Assembly: GCA_937989885.1 (NCBI GenBank)
Contig: CALKBP010000035.1
Location: forward strand, 5,427-69,426
Length of the DNA stretch: 64,000 nt
Direction: 5' to 3'
Source: an uncultured Collinsella sp.
Lineage (GTDB): Bacteria > Actinomycetota > Coriobacteriia > Coriobacteriales > Coriobacteriaceae
Under the pieces are notes generated by a model. That model did not search any database. It was not told where the DNA came from and worked only from the letters and a program-made list of their open reading frames with translations. Below, piece after piece: positions 55,833 to 64,000 of this stretch (within the stretch, counting starts at the first letter, position 1; the number at the start of each line of letters is the position of its first letter). A program made the position numbers and the translations under genes.

Positions 55833-56759
55833 ATGCATTCTCCCCAACAGCGCGGCATGCAGGCCCAGCCGATATGCAGCCGTCGCATCTTTTTGGGTAG
55901 CGCTCTCGCTGCGAGCGCTTCCGTCGTCGCCGGCGCGCTCGCCGGCTGTCAGCGCCCGTCCACGCTCAAGGTGGTTCAGCCCACGACGGGCGGCGGTCGC
56001 GACGACCTGTCCGATTCCGTGATCGGCAAGGATAAGATCCGCATTGGCATGGAGGCGGCCTACGCCCCGTACAACTGGCAGGTTTCCGAAGCCAGTGAGT
56101 ACACCATCCCCATCGACAACGTGCAGGGCGCCTATGCCGATGGCTACGACGTACAGATCGCCAAGATCGTCTGCAAGGCCCTCGGTGGCGAGCCCGTTGC
56201 CGTCAAGCAGAGCTTCTCGGGCCTTATCGATTCGCTCAACAACGGCCAGATCGACCTCATCATCGCCGGTATGAGCGCCACGCCCGAGCGCGAGGAGTCG
56301 GTCGGCTTTTCCGACCCGTACTTCATTGGCTACTTTGGCCTGTTCGTAAAAGAGGGTTCCCCCTACCAAAACGCGACCAAGCTCAGCGACTTCAGTGGTG
56401 CTACGGTCCTCGGCCAAAAGGACACCATGCTCGATACCGTTATCGACGAGATCCCGGGCGTTGTGCACAAAAACCCGGTCGACTCCGTCCCCACGGTGTT
56501 TTCGAACCTGCTGCAGGGCACGTGCGACGCCGTGACCTACAACACCGAGAACGAGAAGGGCTATATGGCCCAAAACCCGGGTATCGTGCCGATTCATTTT
56601 GCCGAGGGCGAGGGCTTCAAGCAGGAGGTCGCGGCAAATGTCGGTTGCCGCAAGGGCTCGGACAAACTGCTTAAGCTCATCGACAAGACACTCAAGGGCA
56701 TTAGCCAAGAGGAGCGCGACCAAATGTGGGACGCGTGCCTCGACCGTCAGCCGGCATAG
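55833..56759 (+). CDS. Amino-acid ABC transporter substrate-binding lipoprotein (PBP type 3)
   Basis: ATG 55833 after gggaaggcag. Signal peptide with an RR motif and lipobox (SRRIFLGSALAASASVVAGALAGC); PBP3-like body (GMSATPEREESVGFSDPY). Confidence 0.75.
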   Translation: MHSPQQRGMQAQPICSRRIFLGSALAASASVVAGALAGCQRPSTLKVVQPTTGGGRDDLSDSVIGKDKIRIGMEAAYAPYNWQVSEASEYTIPIDNVQGAYADGYDVQIAKIVCKALGGEPVAVKQSFSGLIDSLNNGQIDLIIAGMSATPEREESVGFSDPYFIGYFGLFVKEGSPYQNATKLSDFSGATVLGQKDTMLDTVIDEIPGVVHKNPVDSVPTVFSNLLQGTCDAVTYNTENEKGYMAQNPGIVPIHFAEGEGFKQEVAANVGCRKGSDKLLKLIDKTLKGISQEERDQMWDACLDRQPA

Positions 56760-56768
56760 GGAGGCAGC

Positions 56769-57917
56769 ATGAAAACCATCAATCGTCTGGCCTCCTTTAT
56801 CAAGGCCGACCATCGCTATGTATATCTGGGCACGAGCGTTATCGCGGCGCTCGGCCTGGCGTTTAGCCAGCGCAACCCCACGCCGCTGAGCTTTTTGGCG
56901 CCTACGGGCGTGTTCCAAGACTGCCTCTGGGCAATTCTTTGGGCCTGGCTCGTCGTGTCGGCGGCGGCGCTGGTCACCAAGCTCATGCACTGGAACGACT
57001 ATCGCGAAACGTCGCCGTTCGCATCCGAGCGTTTCCGTCGCGGCACACGCTTGGGCAGCTACGTCGTGGCCGCCATCGCGGCAATCTTTTTCGTGGACCG
57101 TTGCGTCATGTCGTTTATCGATCTGGTGCAGGTGAGCATTGTCTCGGACTCCAACCCCAGCGACTTTTTGTCGAGCCTGGTCTACATGACCTACAAGAGC
57201 GGCGACTTCTTTATCCGCGGCATCGAGATCACCATCGCACTTGCGACCCTTGGTACCGTCATCGCCTTTTTCCTGGCGCTGCTCTTTGTGTTCCTGCGTA
57301 TTCAGACGTTCGACCGCGTGGATAACGATCTCACGCGCTTCTTTAAGAGTATCGGCCGCGGCCTTGCGACTGTCTACTCCACCATCGTGCGCGGCACGCC
57401 CATGATGGTTCAGGGCCTGCTCATCTATTACGCGGGCTTCACCGTTTTGCGCGGCATGGGCTTCGAGACCGCCCAGGCCAACCAGATTTGGAGTACCTTC
57501 ACCGCCGGCCTCGTCACCATCTCGCTCAACTCCACCGCCTACATGATGGAGGTCCTGCGCGGCGGCATCGAGTCCATCGATCCCGGCCAGGCCGAGGCGG
57601 CGCGCTCGCTGGGCCTGTCGCAGTGGCAGGCTATGCGCAAGGTCGTGTTCCCCCAGGGCATTAAAAACGCGATTCCCGCACTCACCAACGAGCTCATCAT
57701 CAACATCAAGGACTCGTCGGTGCTCTCGGTCATCGGCGTGTTCGACCTCATGTACGCCACCACCACCGTCGCCGGCGTGTACTACCGTCAGATGGAGGTC
57801 TACTGCGTGGCGCTCGTGGTTTACCTGATCCTGACGCTCGTGGCGAGCCGCCTGCTCGAGGCCTTTGGCAAAAAGCTCGGCGCCGAGGCCCCGGCAACGC
57901 TGCCCAGCTCCAACTAG
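56769..57917 (+). CDS. Amino-acid ABC transporter permease (His/Glu/Gln/Arg/opine family) with long N-terminal membrane extension
   Basis: EAA-loop region [49 protein letters not shown]. Confidence 0.75.
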   Translation: MKTINRLASFIKADHRYVYLGTSVIAALGLAFSQRNPTPLSFLAPTGVFQDCLWAILWAWLVVSAAALVTKLMHWNDYRETSPFASERFRRGTRLGSYVVAAIAAIFFVDRCVMSFIDLVQVSIVSDSNPSDFLSSLVYMTYKSGDFFIRGIEITIALATLGTVIAFFLALLFVFLRIQTFDRVDNDLTRFFKSIGRGLATVYSTIVRGTPMMVQGLLIYYAGFTVLRGMGFETAQANQIWSTFTAGLVTISLNSTAYMMEVLRGGIESIDPGQAEAARSLGLSQWQAMRKVVFPQGIKNAIPALTNELIINIKDSSVLSVIGVFDLMYATTTVAGVYYRQMEVYCVALVVYLILTLVASRLLEAFGKKLGAEAPATLPSSN

Positions 57918-57939
57918 GCTCAAGACGAGGAGAATCATC

Positions 57940-58725
57940 ATGGCAGATACCGCCACTACCGGCACCGCGGCCGCCGCACAGACCAATGAGCCGCTCATCC
58001 GCGTCGAGGGCCTGCGCAAGAGCTTCGGCTCGCTCGAGGTGCTCAAGGGCATCGACCTGTCCGTTAACCCCGGCGAGGTCGTTACCATTATCGGCGCCTC
58101 GGGCTCGGGCAAGTCGACCTTCCTGCGCTGCCTCAACCTGCTCGAGACCCCGGACGCGGGCCACATCTGGTTCCACGGCCAGGACCTCACGGCCGAGCGC
58201 TGCAATATCAATAAACTCCGCGAGGACATCGGCATGGTGTTCCAGGGCTTTAACCTGTTCAACAACATGGACGTGCTCGACAACTGCACGCTTGCGCCCG
58301 TCACGCTCAAAAAGATGAGCAAGGCCGAGGCCGAAAAGGTCGCGATGGAGCATCTGACGAGTGTGGGGCTCGAAAAGTTCGCGCACGCCGCTGTGGGTCG
58401 CCTGTCCGGTGGCCAAAAGCAGCGCGTGGCCATCGCGCGCGCCCTATGCATGAATCCGCAGATCATGCTGTTCGACGAGCCGACCTCCGCACTCGACCCC
58501 GAGATCGTGGGCGAGGTGCTCGAGGTCATGCGCAAGCTCGCTGCCGACGGCATGACCATGGTCGTCGTCACGCACGAGATGGCCTTTGCCCGCACGGTGT
58601 CCGACCGCGTGGTCTTTATGGACAAGGGCGTGGTGCTCGAGGACGCCGCGCCGGCCGAGCTCTTCGGTAACCCCAAACACCAGCGCACTCGCGAGTTCCT
58701 CTCTCGCTATCTCGAGGACAAATAA
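57940..58725 (+). CDS. Amino-acid ABC transporter ATP-binding protein
   Basis: Walker [10 protein letters not shown], signature [15 protein letters not shown], Walker [13 protein letters not shown]. Confidence 0.85.
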   Translation: MADTATTGTAAAAQTNEPLIRVEGLRKSFGSLEVLKGIDLSVNPGEVVTIIGASGSGKSTFLRCLNLLETPDAGHIWFHGQDLTAERCNINKLREDIGMVFQGFNLFNNMDVLDNCTLAPVTLKKMSKAEAEKVAMEHLTSVGLEKFAHAAVGRLSGGQKQRVAIARALCMNPQIMLFDEPTSALDPEIVGEVLEVMRKLAADGMTMVVVTHEMAFARTVSDRVVFMDKGVVLEDAAPAELFGNPKHQRTREFLSRYLEDK

Positions 58726-58797
58726 CCGACCGCAAACGCTTGCGTTGCAGGGCCGCTCCCGTGGGGCGGCCCTCGTCATCACAATCGAAAGGATGTC

Positions 58798-60213
58798 ATG
58801 GCCGAGGTTTGGCGCTTCTTTGCGCATGAGGACGATTTTGCCGATATAGACGAGGCAGGCGCGTGCGAGCGCTTGGGCCGTGTGCTGTCGTTTCCGACTA
58901 TCTCGAGCATGGATGCCGAGGCGGTGGACTGGCGGCCCTTCGACGACCTGCGCGCCTATATGCAGCAGGCCTGGCCGCATGTATTTGCGGCGGGCGAGGT
59001 CGAGCTTATCGACCATTCGTTGCTGGTGACGCTTTCCGGCTCCGACCCCGCACTCAAACCCGTTATGCTCATGGGTCACATGGATGTGGTTCCCGTGGTG
59101 CCGGGTACCGAGGCCGACTGGACGCACGCCCCCTTTAGCGGGCACGTGGACGACACCTACATCTGGGGCCGCGGCGCGATCGACATGAAGGACCAGGTCG
59201 CAGGCATTCTCGAGGCTGTCGAGTATGCGCTGGCGCACGGTTGGCAGCACGAGCGCACGCTGCTCCTGGCCTTTGGCCAGGACGAGGAGACGACGCAGCA
59301 CGGCGCAGGCGCCATCGGCCGCGTGCTCGAGGAGCGCGGCATTGAGCTTGAGTACCTGATCGACGAGGGCGACTACCGCATCGTTCCGGCTGCCGAGTAC
59401 AGCGCGGGCGAGGGTTGGCTCATGCACGCCGACCTGGCTGAGAAGGGCTATGCCGACATTGTGCTCAAGACAAAGAGCGCGGGTGGACATTCTTCCAACC
59501 CCTACGGCGGCACGTCGCTCGAGGTGCTCAGCCGTGCCATCACCGCAATCTGCGATATCGAGTGGCCGACGCGCGTGACCGATTTACTTGCCGCCCAGCT
59601 CGTCGAGCTGGGGCTCTACACGGCGGATGAAATTGCCGCCAACGGGGGCGCCATTGTCCGCGATTGCCTCGCCAGCAAGAAGCTCTATCCGCTGGTGACG
59701 ACCACCTGCGCACCCACGCAGATCGAGGGTGGCAGCACCGGCGCCAACGTAATGCCGCAGGATATGTGGGCCAACATCAACTTCCGTATGCTCGAGGGCA
59801 CGAGCGTGGCCGACGTTGTGGCGCGCTGCCGTGAGGCGGTTGCCGGGGCGGACCTTGCCGGTCGTGTCGAAGTGGAGCTAGGCCCCGGCAGCTCCGAACC
59901 CTCGCCGTCCCCGCGCATCGGTGGTCCCGGCCTCGAGGCGGTTCGCTCCATCGCCGCCCGCTATTTCCGTGATCCAAAGGAGACGGAGGAAAATGGATCA
60001 TTCGAGCCAGTGGCAATTGTGCCCTCGACCGTGATCGGTGCGACCGACGCTGCCAACTACCAGCACATTTGCCCTGAGTGCATTCGCTTCTCGGCCTTCG
60101 TGGTTGATGACGACGAGTGTGATCGCGGCGTCCACGGCACCAACGAGCGCATCACCCGCCGCGCCTACCTCCAAGGCATCCGCTTCCTCGTCGCTCTACT
60201 CCAAACGCTCTAG
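58798..60213 (+). CDS. M20 family metallopeptidase (dipeptidase/carboxypeptidase-like)
   Basis: MGHMDVVPVV, GRGAIDMKD and GQDEE motifs = M20 metal-binding residues. Confidence 0.75.
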   Translation: MAEVWRFFAHEDDFADIDEAGACERLGRVLSFPTISSMDAEAVDWRPFDDLRAYMQQAWPHVFAAGEVELIDHSLLVTLSGSDPALKPVMLMGHMDVVPVVPGTEADWTHAPFSGHVDDTYIWGRGAIDMKDQVAGILEAVEYALAHGWQHERTLLLAFGQDEETTQHGAGAIGRVLEERGIELEYLIDEGDYRIVPAAEYSAGEGWLMHADLAEKGYADIVLKTKSAGGHSSNPYGGTSLEVLSRAITAICDIEWPTRVTDLLAAQLVELGLYTADEIAANGGAIVRDCLASKKLYPLVTTTCAPTQIEGGSTGANVMPQDMWANINFRMLEGTSVADVVARCREAVAGADLAGRVEVELGPGSSEPSPSPRIGGPGLEAVRSIAARYFRDPKETEENGSFEPVAIVPSTVIGATDAANYQHICPECIRFSAFVVDDDECDRGVHGTNERITRRAYLQGIRFLVALLQTL

Positions 60214-60462
60214 CCAAAAAGCAAGCCCTTGGTGCAATGGGGTCAGGTTTGTTTGCACCAATCATTCCGTGCGGGTTATATGCAGGTTTGCCTGCGCACG
60301 CTATCATGTATGGGTTAGACCGCAACTATGTACCCCATACGCGAAGGGATGCGCATGTATCTGAAGATCGACATGTTCTAGCCGGGCTTACCCCCGCAGC
60401 GGCGCCGTGTGCCCCATCAATTCTGCCGATTTTCACCTTCACGCATATAAAGGAGTCCCGCC

Positions 60463-61530
60463 ATGCGCGACAAGCTCGAAAAGATCATCAAGGCCTACGA
60501 GGAGCTCGAGAAGAAGCTTTCCGACCCGGCCGTCGCCTCCGATATCAAGGAGTTTACGCGTCTCAACAAGGAGTACGCGCACCAGTCCGACCTCATTGCC
60601 GCCTCGCGCGAGTACATCGGTGCGCTCGATGACATCGAGGCTGCCAAGGAAATGCTGCACGATACCACCGATGCCGATGAGAAGGAGATGCTCCAGATGG
60701 ACATCTCCGAGAACGAGGAGAAGCTTCCCCAGCTCGAAGAAGACATTAAGTACATGCTCATCCCGAGCGACCCCAACGACGACAAGAACACCATCGTCGA
60801 GATCCGTTCCGCCGCCGGTGGCGACGAGGCGGCCATCTTTGCCGGCGATCTGTACAAGATGTACCAGCGCTTCTGCGAGTCGCGCGGCTGGAAGACCACC
60901 GTGCTCGATTCCAGCCCCAGCGAGGCCGGCGGCTTTAAGTCCATCGAGTTCAAGGTCGAGGGCGACCGCGTCTACTCCGTCATGAAGTACGAGTCCGGCG
61001 TGCATCGCGTCCAGCGCGTCCCCAAGACCGAGTCCCAGGGTCGCATCCAGACCTCCACGGCAACCGTCGCCGTGCTTCCCGAGGCCGAGGAGATCGACGT
61101 TCAGATCAACCAGTCCGACCTGCGCATCGATACCTACTGTGCCTCCGGCCCTGGCGGTCAGTGCGTTAACACCACCTACTCCGCCGTGCGCATCACCCAC
61201 CTGCCCACCAACACCGTGGTGCAGTCGCAGGAGCAGCGTTCCCAGATCCAGAACCGCGAGGTCTGCATGCAGATGCTGCGTGCCCGTCTGTACGAGATGG
61301 AACTCGAGAAGCAGCAGGCCGAGCTCGGCGCCGAGCGCCAGAGTCAGATCGGTCACGGCAACCGTTCCGAGAAGATCCGTACCTACAACCAGCCCCAGGA
61401 CCGCGTGACCGATCACCGTATCGGTTTCAACTCCACCTACAACGGCGTCCTTCTGGGCGATCAACTCGGCACCGTCATCGAGGCGCTTGCCGCCGCCGAG
61501 CGAGCCGAGAAGCTGGCACAAGCAGTTTAA
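60463..61530 (+). CDS. prfA: Peptide chain release factor 1
   Basis: GGQ motif (SGPGGQCVNTTYSAVRITHLPTN); PxT-type tripeptide region (RVPKTESQGRIQTSTATVAVLPE) consistent with RF1 rather than RF2. RBS aaaggag before ATG 60463. Confidence 0.85.
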   Translation: MRDKLEKIIKAYEELEKKLSDPAVASDIKEFTRLNKEYAHQSDLIAASREYIGALDDIEAAKEMLHDTTDADEKEMLQMDISENEEKLPQLEEDIKYMLIPSDPNDDKNTIVEIRSAAGGDEAAIFAGDLYKMYQRFCESRGWKTTVLDSSPSEAGGFKSIEFKVEGDRVYSVMKYESGVHRVQRVPKTESQGRIQTSTATVAVLPEAEEIDVQINQSDLRIDTYCASGPGGQCVNTTYSAVRITHLPTNTVVQSQEQRSQIQNREVCMQMLRARLYEMELEKQQAELGAERQSQIGHGNRSEKIRTYNQPQDRVTDHRIGFNSTYNGVLLGDQLGTVIEALAAAERAEKLAQAV

Positions 61531-61558
61531 GTTACGGCGTTTTACCAAACGCCGTAAC
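61531..61558. repeat. Hairpin family 4, copy 2 (gttacggcgttttaccaaacgccgtaac)
   Basis: Identical stem to 46392-46419 and the same gctcgacgctgcg flank. Confidence 0.6.
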
Positions 61559-61578
61559 GGCTCGACGCTGCGCCCTTA

Positions 61579-61732
61579 GGTTCCGCCGTTCTAACGAACG
61601 GCGGACCAGCTGACGCTGCGCGCCGCCCAGAGCGACAATTTGTCATTCAAAAGGCAAGGCATGACCAGAAGGTCTATGCCTTGCCTTTTTCATGCCAACT
61701 TGTTCGCTCTGGACGTCGCTCGCTGTCCGCTT
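61579..61732. repeat. ~155-bp terminator-containing intergenic repeat, copy 2
   Basis: ggttccgccgttctaacgaacggcggacc ... ggcaaggcatgaccagaaggtctatgccttgcc + ttttt. Relative to copy 1 the terminator stem carries a compensatory pair change (c>a on the 5' arm, g>t on the 3' arm). Confidence 0.7.
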
Positions 61733-61755
61733 TCTACCTGCGGCGTTCTCTTGGG

Positions 61756-61946
61756 TAGTCATTGGGGACGTTCTTAAATGACTAGTCAAAAGGGACATTC
61801 TTGCGGCACTTGGCACTTGGGGACGCTCCTTTTGTGCCGGCAGTTGGGGACTGTCCCTAAAGGCTGGCAGATGGGGACGGTTCTTTGTGGCTGGCTGCGA
61901 AGACTGTCCCTGACAGCTAGTCGTTTAAGAACGTCCCCAATGACTA
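61756..61946. repeat. ~190-bp element bounded by 23-bp perfect inverted repeats (tagtcattggggacgttcttaaa / tttaagaacgtccccaatgacta), internally rich in GGGGAC/GTCCC motifs and nested inverted repeats
   Basis: Read directly; the internal gactagtcaaaagggacattctt ... aagactgtccctgacagctagtc repeats resemble the family 2 REP core (caaagggacag). Confidence 0.6.
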
Positions 61947-62327
61947 GGTCGGGCACATTGCTTTGTGAGTTTATTCAATCTTCTTTAATAGCAATTAAGT
62001 TGTTTACCTGCTTAAATTTACTTATCATTTTTAAAAATAATGCTCGAAAAATCGTTCAAGAAGTCGCGGGGCGATTTTTGATGCGTCGCGCGTCAAACGA
62101 TATGGCAAGTATTTGGTTAGATATTGGTCAGTTTTGGGGCAACCTTACCAAAAGCTTGACGGATGCAGATTTAGACGTCGGCGAATGAACGCTTCGATTG
62201 CAATCCAAGCAAAATTCTGGGCTGATTCTCGATAATCGCTTCCAATCGTCCCTTGCTGCGTGCCACCCTCGCGTACAATCTGCTCCGACATTCGCGCGCC
62301 GCTCGGCGCTTAAGAGGGGAGGACCCC

Positions 62328-63575
62328 ATGGCAAACGAGATCTGGACCATCAAGCGTTGTCTCGAGTGGACCAAGGAGTACCTGGCCGAGCGCGGTGAGG
62401 AGCATCCCCGTCTTTCTGCCGAGTGGCTGCTGTGTGCGGCAACGGGCCTGGCGCGTATCGACTTGTATATGCGCATGGACGAGACACTTGACGCAGCGCA
62501 GCTCGAGACCATGCACGCGGCGGTCGTCCGTCGCGCGAAGGGCGAGCCGCTGCAATACATCACCGGTAGCACGCAGTTTCGCATGATCGACGTCGCGTGC
62601 GCCCCCGGTGTGCTCATTCCGCGCCCCGAGACCGAGATGCTCGTCGAAGAGGTCCTGAACTATCTGGATGCCGAGGTGCTGAGCCCCGAGGCCGCCGCCC
62701 GCCAGCGCGTGGAGCTGCCTTGGAACGATGAGGTCGAGCAGGCTCGCAAAGCCGAGGCCGCGCTGGCAGGCGAACGCGCGACCGCCGAGCGCCGTGCCGC
62801 CAACCTGACGGCCGCCGATGAGGCTGCGCTGGGTAGCGACGTGCTCGGTAGCCGCGCCTATGCCGAGGAGCTAGCCGATCGCGAGGCCGAGGAAGCCGCG
62901 CAGGCAGCAGAAGCCGAAGCCGCGGAAGCCGCCGAGCCCGAGCTCGACGAATACGGCATCGCCATTGAGGGCGCCGACCAGGAGACGGCTTCGGCTCAGG
63001 ATGCTGCTGCACCCGCCCCAGCCGAGCCCCGCACTGCCCGCGTTCTCGAGGTCGGCTGCGGCACGGGCTGCATCTCGCTCTCGCTTGCCTGGGAGCGTCG
63101 CGGCCACGTCACCTGCACTGCTACCGATATCGAGCCGCGCGCCATCGACCTTGCTACCAAAAACCGCGATGCGCTTGGCCTCACGTCCGACGAGGTCGCC
63201 TTTAGCCTCACGAACCTGGTGAGCTCCATTCCCCGCGAAGAGTGGGGCACCTTTGACGTACTCGTCTCCAACCCGCCCTACATCCCCACCGATGTCATGC
63301 GCTCACTGCCGCGCGAGGTCAAGGACTTTGAGCCCGACCTGGCGCTCGAGGGCGGCGCCGACGGCCTCGATATCTTCCGCCGTCTGCTCAACGCGGCGCC
63401 CTACATGCTGCGCGCCGGCGGCCTGTTTGCCTGCGAGCTCTACGAGGGCGCGCTCGACGCTGCGGCCGAGCTCTGTCGTCAAGCGGGTCTGTCGGACGTG
63501 CGCATCGTCCACGACCTCACCGATCGCCCCCGCATCGTCCGAGCCATCGTCACCGAGCCCAAACAGCGCCAGTAA
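62328..63575 (+). CDS. prmC: Release factor glutamine methyltransferase PrmC/HemK with ~120-aa low-complexity acidic/Ala-rich insertion
   Basis: ATG 62328 after agaggggagg. N-terminal HemK domain (EPLQYITGSTQFRMIDVACAPGVLIPRPETE), methyltransferase motifs VLEVGCGTGCISL and NPPY. Between them, an insertion rich in A/E (EAEEAAQAAEAEAAEAAEPELDEYG...APAPAEP). Confidence 0.8.
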   Translation: MANEIWTIKRCLEWTKEYLAERGEEHPRLSAEWLLCAATGLARIDLYMRMDETLDAAQLETMHAAVVRRAKGEPLQYITGSTQFRMIDVACAPGVLIPRPETEMLVEEVLNYLDAEVLSPEAAARQRVELPWNDEVEQARKAEAALAGERATAERRAANLTAADEAALGSDVLGSRAYAEELADREAEEAAQAAEAEAAEAAEPELDEYGIAIEGADQETASAQDAAAPAPAEPRTARVLEVGCGTGCISLSLAWERRGHVTCTATDIEPRAIDLATKNRDALGLTSDEVAFSLTNLVSSIPREEWGTFDVLVSNPPYIPTDVMRSLPREVKDFEPDLALEGGADGLDIFRRLLNAAPYMLRAGGLFACELYEGALDAAAELCRQAGLSDVRIVHDLTDRPRIVRAIVTEPKQRQ

Positions 63576-63643
63576 TATTTATTAACTGGTTAGCAAAAAT
63601 TATAAAGTAGTTTATAATTAGGACGGCTGAAAGAGGTCGGCCC

Positions 63644-63829
63644 ATGCAACCTCCTACCTTTCGGGAAATCATTGCCCTACTCAAGCACGATGGATTCGTG
63701 AAGGTCGCGCAAGTCGGTAGTCATGCTAAGTATGTTTCTGGTGACCGTGCTGTCACCGTGAACGGCTCTGGTGGTGATCGACCAAAGAAGGGCACGTGGG
63801 CAAGTATTCGTCGCCAAGCTGGATGGTAG
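63644..63829 (+). CDS. hicA: Type II toxin-antitoxin system toxin HicA (mRNA interferase)
   Basis: 61 aa; FREIIALLKHDGF...GSHAKY matches the HicA dsRBD-like toxin family with the catalytic His. AT-rich promoter (tttataatt) upstream. Confidence 0.75.
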   Translation: MQPPTFREIIALLKHDGFVKVAQVGSHAKYVSGDRAVTVNGSGGDRPKKGTWASIRRQAGW

Positions 63830-63840
63830 TTGGAGGCAAA

Positions 63841-64000
63841 ATGAGGCAGCGATTTACCTATGACTGCGTTCTCATAAAAGAAGACGACGGTTACTGCGCC
63901 AGCTTCCCGCAGATTCCCGGCGCCTTTGCCGATGGCGATACGCGCGAAGAAGCGATTGCCCATGCCACCGAGGCGCTGATGGCGTTTTTGGCCGACGATC
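63841..64000 (+). CDS. hicB: Type II toxin-antitoxin system antitoxin HicB (N-terminal part; continues beyond window)
   Basis: MRQRFTYDCVLIKEDDGYCASFPQIPGAFADGDTREEAIAHATEALMAFL matches the HicB RNase-H-like N-domain; starts 12 nt after the hicA stop. Confidence 0.7.
   Translation, partial: MRQRFTYDCVLIKEDDGYCASFPQIPGAFADGDTREEAIAHATEALMAFLADD

Noticed and set aside
61778-62188. 136-aa ORF between prfA and prmC
   Set aside because: Spans a TIR-bounded repeat and an AT-rich island; no RBS or homology; codon composition atypical.
1-64000. Prophage, integrase, transposase, rRNA or CRISPR-Cas content
   Set aside because: None of the ORFs shows recombinase, transposase, capsid/terminase or Cas signatures; the repeat elements found are all non-coding (MITE/REP-like).

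Overview
High-GC (~63%) chromosomal window from a Gram-positive actinobacterium. A Coriobacteriia/Collinsella-like organism is my guess, supported by the LAXTG sortase signal and anaerobe-type gene content. Core content: three heterodimeric ABC exporter gene pairs (one partial at the 5' edge, one under a MarR regulator); cysE, dedA, ilvE, lemA, a TetR regulator, tRNA-Ser(UGA), a tadA/glycerate-kinase continuous reading frame and the SRP RNA (ffs); a very large LAXTG-anchored surface protein (FG-GAP + FN3 domains) interrupted by a single in-frame TGA; an LTA-synthase family gene, nitroreductase, kup followed by a truncated kdpD-like kinase and kdpE-like regulator; rlmKL, a Cof-HAD hydrolase, transaldolase/Fsa, tex; a LysR-controlled SDR–MFS–Gfo/Idh oxidoreductase cluster; pdxK; three paralogous AAA+ ATPase/PD-(D/E)xK (DUF4143, COG1373) genes; LMW-PTP, MFS, aldose 1-epimerase, an amino-acid ABC importer (SBP/permease/ATPase), an M20 peptidase, prfA–prmC, and a hicA/hicB toxin–antitoxin pair at the 3' edge. 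The most unusual aspect is the density of non-coding repeat architecture. There is a ~160-bp MITE-like element with ~28-bp TIRs (3 copies); a ~32-bp 'tgtgacaaagggacagtccctttgtcaca' REP-like palindrome (7 copies, several bracketing the AAA+/nuclease genes); a conserved 18-bp-stem hairpin (2 copies); a ~155-bp terminator-containing repeat (2 copies, with a compensatory stem mutation); BIME-like alternating-orientation repeat arrays on both flanks of the giant adhesin gene; and distinct short direct/palindromic repeat arrays upstream of each AAA+/nuclease paralog. No CRISPR, rRNA, prophage, integrase or transposase was found.
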